DNA of 64,000 nt. Origin: Sedimentisphaerales bacterium. GTDB taxonomy: Bacteria > Planctomycetota > Phycisphaerae > Sedimentisphaerales > SM23-30. The stretch is taken from assembly GCA_963663965.2 (NCBI GenBank), contig CAXXFK010000013.1, positions 128,001 to 192,000 on the forward strand, given 5' to 3'. Position numbers and translations under genes: made by a program. The notes below the pieces were generated by a model. The model was not told where the DNA came from and did no database searches. It worked only from the letters and a program-made list of their open reading frames with translations. This document shows positions 56,401 through 64,000 of this stretch, one piece after another. How positions within the stretch are numbered: the stretch's first letter is position 1; each line of letters opens with the position of its first letter.

Positions 56401-59400
56401 ATGACTTATTGGATTGACATACTCAATCGGGCCGGCGAATATTTTTGTGAATATTCTCTGGGGATTCTAATCCAGTCCAGTCTGTTAATCGTGGTGTTGC
56501 TGGTGATTGACTGGCTGATCCGCAAACGGGTGCGGGCAGTGGTGCGGTATTGTTTGTGGATGCTGGTGCTGGTTAAGCTGGTGTTGCCACCGACATTGTG
56601 TATGCCGACGGGAATTGGCTACTGGTGGGCGCCTGATCTGATAACCCGACAGACCACGAATAAATCGATTGAGGAGAAATTGGAGGCGATGGAAACCGGT
56701 GAAACCAGCCCTGACACGGTCACAATTCTGCCAGAGCGTACCTATTTCGAAAAGCCTACGGTTATCTGGCCGGATGCGCCGGTTGTTGATAGGGGAGGTG
56801 AAGTGTCGCCGCCCGATCCTGCGGGTAACGTGGATATGCAGGAGGCAGTGCTGGCAGCGCCAACAACAATGGATGGTGACGCATTTCAGGGTGTGCAACC
56901 GGTGGTTCAGACGGTTGGAATTTCGCTCGACTGGCCGGCTGTTTTTATGTTGCTGTGGGTGGTCGGGGTAGTGATCCTGGGTGTTTTGCTGGTCCAGCGT
57001 TTTCTCTTTGTGCGGAGTCTGATCGCACAGAGCCGTCCGGCATATGGGAATGAATTGAATGATTTGATAATCTGCTGCCGGCAGATGGGCATACGACGGC
57101 CGGTAGAATTACGTTTAACGGCCAATATGCTCAGTCCGGCGGCGTGTGGTTTGTGGCATCCGGTGATTTTGATGCCGGACGCATTATTAAAAGATCTGAC
57201 CCAGGATAAGTTGCGTTCAGTGCTGATTCATGAACTGGCACATATCCGGCGCGGTGATTTATGGATTAATTTCGCGCAAACATTATTACAGATCGTGTTT
57301 TTCTATAACCCGCTGCTCTGGCTGGCCAATGGCATCATTCGAGGTATTCGCGAAAAGGCGGTCGATGAAATGGTGTTGACGAAACTGGGGGATCAGGCCG
57401 AGTCTTATAGCCGTACGTTGATCGATATTGCCGAGATCGCGTTTTCGCGGCCGCATTTCAGTTTGCGGCTGGTGGGTGTGGTTGAATCGAAAAGCGCTTT
57501 GAAAGACCGGATCAGGCATATCGTATCTCGCCCATTTCCCCGATCGGCCCGGATCGGATTGATTGGATTGATGAGCGTATGCGCCCTGGCAGTGTTGCTG
57601 ATCCCGATGGCTAAAGGAGAAAAAGAATTCGGTTTCTGGTCCAGGGGAGATTATCGCGTCAGTTTGAAAAACGGAACGACCGTTGAACTGGTTGGTGTTT
57701 GTAAATACCCGGGTGAAAGTGAACAGTGGTGGGGGCCGGATGGAGCGCTTCTGGGGATGGATATCGATATTCAGTTATTCAGCAAGTGGACCTTTGAAGA
57801 ACCTGACTATGGCCTGGTATTCAGAAAAACCGGTGATGCCGAGTTCAATATATTTAATATTAAAGGATCCAGCCAGACAATGAGGATGCTCGGGATCCAA
57901 CCTGAAGAGCTAATTGGTTATCGAATTCCTATCGATGGCCGTTTAAATAAGACCAATGTCATTATTGCCAGTCCAACCGGTCAGTGGCAAACGGCTTATG
58001 CTTCAAGCGCCATTGAAGGATCCAGTAGTGGTAAACTGCATGGCAAGAATATTATTTTCGCAGGAGTAGTGAAAGAAAATGACGGCCTGATCTTTTCGTG
58101 TACGGATGAAGTGGGATATCGAAATGCCACACGGGTGATCGCTATTGATCACAACGGATTTGAACATGTTGGCATCGAATTAACGAATACCGGTATCGAG
58201 GGAATTCGGCAACGCACGGTTCGGTTTGCCAGCTTGGCTGGCGGAGAGGTTGACCGGATTGCGTTTCAGACCAGTCCTTATGAGTATCATACTTTTAAAA
58301 ATGTCGCGTTGCGGCCCAAGCCTGAAGAGTCACGCAAGGCGCTACCGGTGCCCAAAGACGGGCTTTATGAAAATGCTAAAGGCTCTCGCAATCATAAAAT
58401 TAAGATTGGGCCCACCCGGTTTGAGGTTCATACGGTGGCGCGTTATGACCAGAAAGGTAACGCATTAATCAAGAATCCGGATGGTACCGAAAAGCAGGAG
58501 ATTGATCTGTCAACGCCCGATTACTCAGAAAAGGTGAAGTGGATGGATATCGCCCGGATTTATCTGGCGCCGGTAACGGCTCGCTATGATGTGATTGAGT
58601 TGCGGATTTTTGATCACCTGACGCGAGAACTGCTTTCCAGTGAGACCTATCCCGGCCTGGGCTATGCGATTAAGGATTCGGTTGTGACGGTCTGGAGTAT
58701 GGAGAAAAAACTTCCGGAGAGCCTGGATATCTGGATACGCTTGTTACATAATCCTGATGGTCAGGAACGCTTTTCTCTTGAGCCGGCGATAGGCAGTTCT
58801 GTCCGTATTGATGGCAATACGGTTCGGATTCTTGATTATGCTCCAGGGCGTTATAACTGGGCCAATGGTAAACGGACGCAGCATCATTCGGAATGGGACA
58901 GCAGTGTTACTACAATAGCGTTAGATTTTGACCGGTCAGGAAATAAAAACTATCAGATCTGTGCGGTGGGTCAGGATGGAAAGCGCGTCGTGCCGGATTT
59001 TCCACATTTTATCCGTCCGTCAAACGGTATGCAGATAATCGAATTCGGGATAAGGTCTGACCAGATCGACCATTTTGAGATTAGGCCATTTAATGGACGC
59101 GATCGTTTTTACTTTGATGATGTCCGGTTACCGGAACGGATAGGGAAACTGGCGCCGATGGCGGACTGCCCTCCGATTGCGACGTTTCGGCTAGTTGATA
59201 AGAAGGCGTCTTATCTATGCCATGAGGATTTGTACGAGGCGGTTTTAACTGTATTGCCTGGTATTAAAGTGGCCAGTATCCAGTCCAGCGCGTTGGGATT
59301 TGGCACCGCCTATACCACAAAACCTTCCGAGCAGGGTCACAACTCAGTTGCTCTTCAATTGACTGGCGCCGGGATAAAATCGGTTTCTCTGGTGGCACGC

Positions 59401-62400
59401 GATAAGGCTGGTAATAAGATCGATCTGGAACCGAATTATGGACACGGCTCGGCGGTGGGTTCAGCTTTTTGCTGTCATTATATTGAAACAGGAATACCGG
59501 TTGATGACATTCAAATGATTGAGGTCTATGCCGGAGAAGATGCCAGTCCCCGTCCGGTCCGCCAGATAGATAAATTGCAAAATACAGCTGAGTTACAAGC
59601 CAAAGTTGATGATTCCCAGTCCAGTCAAATGGAAGGTGACAGGGATTCCCATCAGATTATTTCCAATCTATTTGACACAAAGATTCCCGATACGGTTACT
59701 AATTTTAAAACCACCGGTTCCAATCCTTTCAGTGATGTCCGAATTCGTTTTGATATCCCGGTTGATGATCTTAAAAAGGTGATGTTACAGTCAGCCCGTT
59801 TTCCGGCGCTGGACGCGTTTCAGCAGGATGATCAATTGGCGGATCATTTGAAAAATGAACCGCTCGTGAAGGATTATCCCTGGTGGATACCCGATGAGCT
59901 GGTCGATAAGGTTTACAGCTGCTGGCAATTTTATCAGGGCGATTACGCCTCATCGATGTACAGTAATATCACTTGTGGTGTCGGGAAATTGAGCGATAGC
60001 ATGGCGCGGGTCTATATCCATAGTTTTTCGGATATGTCAGTTAAGCAAAATCCAGTTAAAAATCAGGGGGTCGAATTGGGTGGATTGCTTTGTCTGCTGC
60101 ATGCCGATCGCTCGGCTTGTCTGGAAGGCCAGGCGCCGGTAATTAAGGTGACGTTGAGAAATACCGGCAAACCGGAAACGCCAATCCGGCCATTAATGGT
60201 GACACCTTCTGCGGAAGGATTTATGTTGAAAATCCAGAAGGATGATGATGTGGATATTCGTGTGCGTCCAAAGAAAGCACCATTGCCCGAAATGCAATTA
60301 TTACCTGATAGTCGAGTTCCTGAGATTGAAATTCCACTGGATAAGAACTGGTATCCACGACAGAAGGATATCGAAGGGGAACAGGATTTGGAACTTACGC
60401 CGGGAAGTTATACTGTGCAAGTGATTGCGCAGGCTCATGGGACTCTGGATAGTCATAAACTGGTGAATTATCAAGTTACCAGTAATCCGGTTGAAATCGA
60501 TATCATTCCGGCTGATACAATCGCGTCCATGGCTTTCCAACACCCATTTCTGTCGGTGACACAACAGGATGTAACCGCGCAACTGCTGGGTATTCGCAAC
60601 TGGAGAACGGGTGAATTCTGGGCGGTGGATGGCACGATGACAGCAGCGCCGTATGGCTATGTGGCCGATTGGAATCCGGCGGAAGATCCGGATTGTGAAG
60701 CCTATGACTGGTATGAATTTGTTGTCAGGCTGGAACGCCCTGCTTATGAAGATTTGGGAGTGATCCGTTGGGATTTTGATCATATGCTCCATTCCAGTTC
60801 GGCTAATTCCAAGCCGTTGTTGTACAAGCAGGATATCCATATCGGCACGGTGAAATTACCTTATGGCACTTCTGAAACGACTTTGAACCTGGGATTGGCC
60901 GTGCGGCCCTGGCAGACAGTGGCTTCCGGCAATCATCTGGGATTTTATTCGGCCGGCGATGATACGATTAATATCAATTACGGGACCCAGTTTGGTTTAA
61001 AACGGGTTCCGCCGGGATCGAATGGCCACGCGATTCTGGTGACTTATACGATCACCGACCGGCAGTTCAGGGCGATCGCTATAGGGAAAGACGGTACGAT
61101 GCACGAATCGGCCTTTCATGGTTCTGGCGGTACAGATTCCATGCGGCAGACGCTGGCGTATTTTGAAGAGTTGAAGGCGCGGGATGTAAGGGAATACCGG
61201 TTTCAAATCAAGCCATTTGATCGCTTTGTTTTTGAGAATATTCCATTGCGTCCGAGTCGTGTGACTGACAAATCCCAAAAAGGTCTGGCGGTTCTTTGTT
61301 ATTACGCCGGCACAAATCCCGGCCATGTCGGTAGTTATTTTCTCGATCTGGCGACAGGTGAGCAATTTAATGCCACCGGAATCTATGGCAATTTGAGCAA
61401 TGCCCGGGATTTCGAAAAGGGCGATCTGATTTATAACCAGGGTAAAATCGCCTGCGTGCGTGAGGCAAAAATCGAGAAGTGGGAGAATGGCACACTCACG
61501 CCGGCTGCCATCTGGCCGGAGTCTTTGATTCGCAACGATCTTAAAGGTTCTGTCGCTTATTATGAACTTGAGCAGGTTCCGGCCGAGTATGTAGTAACGA
61601 CCCGGGAAGGGCGTCGATTCCATATCCAGGTACTGGCGGCGGACCGGCGGATTGCCTGTCTGGAGTTCTGGCCTGATGATACCACGGTTCGTACCAGGGA
61701 TTGGTCCGAATCGGTGGCAAAAATGATTGACGTTGCCGGACGATGGCTCAAGATTAATCGATTTGATGATGCCAAACTGCTGGCTGACCGCCTGGTTGAA
61801 CTGGCGCCAGAAAATCCTGATACTATTTTGCTCAAAGGGATGTGCAGTGTGAATGATCGGGAAGAACTGACCAAACTATATCAACTGGCACTGACGCGAT
61901 ATCAAGCCAGTAATAATCGCATCGGCGAGTATCTTGCTCAAAGGTTATTGGGAAACAGCGAACAAGCTGATCAGTTAATTCGCCACTCCCAGCAGAATCT
62001 CGCATCAGCCGGTTTTGCTGGATTGTCGAGCGAACAGCTTGAATTTTATATCATTAATCAATCAGAACCAAACGAAGAAGTTGCTGCCGACTCCGGTCAG
62101 AACCTGGTTGTCGAGCTACCTGATGGAGGTACGCTCACGCTGGCAGGAGTGGCCAGAGTATCTAAAAACAGCAAGACCTGGTATAGTCCGGATGGCAGGG
62201 GGCGCGTGAGTGAAAAAGATACCCGGCCTAATTATATCCCGCAGCCTGATGGTAATAGCTATGAATACCGCATCCGGTTGGATACCCCGTTTAATAAGCA
62301 GCATAAAACATCCCAGATCCGATGGCTTTACGAACCAGACCCCACATCCATCTATTGTCTGGCGCATAACTGGGCAGAGGGTGTCGATCAATGCGATGTG

Positions 62401-64000
62401 CGACTCCAATATCCAACTGAGATTAAAACGGCGAATATTTCTTTACAACTTTCCAACGGTCCCTGGGCAACAGTTGGTGTCAATCCGCCAGAACCAGGTA
62501 AGGAATTCCAGGAACAGTTTGGGATATTTTCAGTGATCGTATTCAATACGATTGATGAATCTGATGGGGGGATCTCTATAGAGTTGAGGCATCCTTTCCA
62601 GCGTTTGGGGCATCGGCTGGTTGCGTTTGATAAAAGCGGTCAATTACGCATGCCGGGTACCTATCGTGAAAATCAACCCGGCCAGGTTTCGGTACGCTTC
62701 GATGGATTGACACTGGATCGGGTGGAAAAATTTGAGTTTCAGACTCAGGCGTTAACAACGGTCAATTTCGCTGAGGTGGCCTTACAGGATGGGGTGATGA
62801 CTAATCCGAAAGTGACTTTGCGTCAAACCGCGAATGACCCGATGGCTGGCGAGAACGAGATCAGTGGGGTGGTTTATGGACCGATTACGGATGATACGAT
62901 GGATGCCTATTTCAAACGACTGGAAGCCGCGGAATCTCAGGATGAACTGGATCAACTCCACGCCTCTGAACCTCCCAGGGCAGATCGTCCGGCAGTAAGT
63001 ACGCTGGTGCGATTGCAGGGGCAAACCCTGACCCGGCAGACGATTACCCGCCAGATGGCTACGAATGACAAGGGTGAGTATCATTTTTCGGATTTACCTA
63101 TGGGATGGTATCAGGTTTCGGCTGAACAAACGATATCCGGCAATCTCACCGGAGGTAATCGCAAGGCAGTCGCGCAGGGTAATGCTCAGTTTAACCGAAC
63201 GACCCTCAATCGAAGGGTATTACCTTTACATTTACGAGATGATTTTGTGACGGTCAGGGGGCGGGTGACTGACGCGGAAGGGAATCCGATTGCCGGGGCC
63301 AGGGTAGCCGGACAGACAGCGCCGGTAGAAAATAATGGGATCGGTGAGACCGATGAACAGACCCGGGCCTTCGCGCCACAAAACGTTTCAGCCGTTACAA
63401 ATGCTGATGGCATCTATGAGTTGTCTGGGTTGGAACCAGCGAATGTCATTGCTGCGTTACGCTATCTGGTGAATGGGGGGCCGGGCTTTGAACTGGGTCA
63501 TAAATTCTTTTTAGATATGACGGTAATGGCTGGTGAAAAGAACGCCTCCACTCGAGCGACCCGGCGGGTACCACTGGTATCCCAGGTGACTTTGTATTGG
63601 GCCCGGCGCTATCTGGAGGTAGCGAATCGAACCAGCGAAAAACCGGTTGTTGAGAAGCCGGATTTGCCTTATCCGCTTCCCGTCAGTCATGGATACAGGA
63701 TTATTAATATCGATTTTATTTTACCGGAACCGGGTTCCAGCTTGCCGAAGTCCGGCGAATCCCGCACCGTGATGTTGCCTTCCAGTATCAAACAGGCGCT
63801 GGATTTAACATCTGGTCGGTTTGTTGAAGTTCCCATGGAAGCGTTGTCCTCACAAGAGGCCTGTCTGGCATATCTTAAAGAGCGAACTTCGGGTGGCGTT
63901 TTGTTCGATCATGATGGTGACATCTCGCAACTGGGATTTGTTAACATGACGAAGATCAGCCGGAATACCGAAAAACAGGTTGGGATCGACACTATGAAAT
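56401..64000 (+). CDS. Giant BlaR1-like M56 peptidase sensor protein (>2500 aa, 3' end outside window)
   Basis: Open frame from ATG 56401 to the window end (missing from ORF track because no stop); RY.LW.LVL.KL..PP, SP...G...P.I..P, HELAH.RR.D (57229), LK.RI; then repeated extracellular modules, TPR-like and carboxypeptidase-regulatory-like domains. Confidence 0.9.
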   Translation, partial: MTYWIDILNRAGEYFCEYSLGILIQSSLLIVVLLVIDWLIRKRVRAVVRYCLWMLVLVKLVLPPTLCMPTGIGYWWAPDLITRQTTNKSIEEKLEAMETGETSPDTVTILPERTYFEKPTVIWPDAPVVDRGGEVSPPDPAGNVDMQEAVLAAPTTMDGDAFQGVQPVVQTVGISLDWPAVFMLLWVVGVVILGVLLVQRFLFVRSLIAQSRPAYGNELNDLIICCRQMGIRRPVELRLTANMLSPAACGLWHPVILMPDALLKDLTQDKLRSVLIHELAHIRRGDLWINFAQTLLQIVFFYNPLLWLANGIIRGIREKAVDEMVLTKLGDQAESYSRTLIDIAEIAFSRPHFSLRLVGVVESKSALKDRIRHIVSRPFPRSARIGLIGLMSVCALAVLLIPMAKGEKEFGFWSRGDYRVSLKNGTTVELVGVCKYPGESEQWWGPDGALLGMDIDIQLFSKWTFEEPDYGLVFRKTGDAEFNIFNIKGSSQTMRMLGIQPEELIGYRIPIDGRLNKTNVIIASPTGQWQTAYASSAIEGSSSGKLHGKNIIFAGVVKENDGLIFSCTDEVGYRNATRVIAIDHNGFEHVGIELTNTGIEGIRQRTVRFASLAGGEVDRIAFQTSPYEYHTFKNVALRPKPEESRKALPVPKDGLYENAKGSRNHKIKIGPTRFEVHTVARYDQKGNALIKNPDGTEKQEIDLSTPDYSEKVKWMDIARIYLAPVTARYDVIELRIFDHLTRELLSSETYPGLGYAIKDSVVTVWSMEKKLPESLDIWIRLLHNPDGQERFSLEPAIGSSVRIDGNTVRILDYAPGRYNWANGKRTQHHSEWDSSVTTIALDFDRSGNKNYQICAVGQDGKRVVPDFPHFIRPSNGMQIIEFGIRSDQIDHFEIRPFNGRDRFYFDDVRLPERIGKLAPMADCPPIATFRLVDKKASYLCHEDLYEAVLTVLPGIKVASIQSSALGFGTAYTTKPSEQGHNSVALQLTGAGIKSVSLVARDKAGNKIDLEPNYGHGSAVGSAFCCHYIETGIPVDDIQMIEVYAGEDASPRPVRQIDKLQNTAELQAKVDDSQSSQMEGDRDSHQIISNLFDTKIPDTVTNFKTTGSNPFSDVRIRFDIPVDDLKKVMLQSARFPALDAFQQDDQLADHLKNEPLVKDYPWWIPDELVDKVYSCWQFYQGDYASSMYSNITCGVGKLSDSMARVYIHSFSDMSVKQNPVKNQGVELGGLLCLLHADRSACLEGQAPVIKVTLRNTGKPETPIRPLMVTPSAEGFMLKIQKDDDVDIRVRPKKAPLPEMQLLPDSRVPEIEIPLDKNWYPRQKDIEGEQDLELTPGSYTVQVIAQAHGTLDSHKLVNYQVTSNPVEIDIIPADTIASMAFQHPFLSVTQQDVTAQLLGIRNWRTGEFWAVDGTMTAAPYGYVADWNPAEDPDCEAYDWYEFVVRLERPAYEDLGVIRWDFDHMLHSSSANSKPLLYKQDIHIGTVKLPYGTSETTLNLGLAVRPWQTVASGNHLGFYSAGDDTININYGTQFGLKRVPPGSNGHAILVTYTITDRQFRAIAIGKDGTMHESAFHGSGGTDSMRQTLAYFEELKARDVREYRFQIKPFDRFVFENIPLRPSRVTDKSQKGLAVLCYYAGTNPGHVGSYFLDLATGEQFNATGIYGNLSNARDFEKGDLIYNQGKIACVREAKIEKWENGTLTPAAIWPESLIRNDLKGSVAYYELEQVPAEYVVTTREGRRFHIQVLAADRRIACLEFWPDDTTVRTRDWSESVAKMIDVAGRWLKINRFDDAKLLADRLVELAPENPDTILLKGMCSVNDREELTKLYQLALTRYQASNNRIGEYLAQRLLGNSEQADQLIRHSQQNLASAGFAGLSSEQLEFYIINQSEPNEEVAADSGQNLVVELPDGGTLTLAGVARVSKNSKTWYSPDGRGRVSEKDTRPNYIPQPDGNSYEYRIRLDTPFNKQHKTSQIRWLYEPDPTSIYCLAHNWAEGVDQCDVRLQYPTEIKTANISLQLSNGPWATVGVNPPEPGKEFQEQFGIFSVIVFNTIDESDGGISIELRHPFQRLGHRLVAFDKSGQLRMPGTYRENQPGQVSVRFDGLTLDRVEKFEFQTQALTTVNFAEVALQDGVMTNPKVTLRQTANDPMAGENEISGVVYGPITDDTMDAYFKRLEAAESQDELDQLHASEPPRADRPAVSTLVRLQGQTLTRQTITRQMATNDKGEYHFSDLPMGWYQVSAEQTISGNLTGGNRKAVAQGNAQFNRTTLNRRVLPLHLRDDFVTVRGRVTDAEGNPIAGARVAGQTAPVENNGIGETDEQTRAFAPQNVSAVTNADGIYELSGLEPANVIAALRYLVNGGPGFELGHKFFLDMTVMAGEKNASTRATRRVPLVSQVTLYWARRYLEVANRTSEKPVVEKPDLPYPLPVSHGYRIINIDFILPEPGSSLPKSGESRTVMLPSSIKQALDLTSGRFVEVPMEALSSQEACLAYLKERTSGGVLFDHDGDISQLGFVNMTKISRNTEKQVGIDTMK

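Overview
Bacterial chromosomal window, most likely from a Planctomycetota/Phycisphaerae (Sedimentisphaerales-like) organism. This is inferred from the Rhodopirellula-type ECF sigma/FecR-LamG pair, several secreted proteins with C-terminal dockerin-like motifs, the HTH-receiver regulator and the giant BlaR1/M56 protein. The first ~5 kb is accessory-like. It holds a thrice-iterated modular non-coding unit built from REP-like hairpins, with different cargo in each copy: an array of short triad repeats, an AT-rich orphan toxin-tip/immunity/DUF4291 cassette and an ERIC-like MITE. A membrane-anchored sensor-Schlafen(AlbA_2) gene sits next to it. The rest encodes carbohydrate-active and secreted proteins (GH5, GH105, PL11, LamG, a C10 peptidase/beta-helix protein), YbjQ-YbjQ-PrsW, trmB, an MCP, a TetR-MATE-OMF-MFP-RND efflux operon and a TolC-MFP-ABC (MacAB-like) operon. 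It also encodes a coiled-coil protein with strict 39-residue periodicity, mltA, a stand-alone homocysteine methyltransferase, and BlaI plus a >2500-aa BlaR1-like ORF that runs off the window end and is absent from the ORF track. Two genes carry single-base frameshifts at homopolymers, possibly sequencing errors. No rRNA, tRNA, CRISPR array, transposase or integrase was seen. All family calls come from motif recognition by eye, not database searches.
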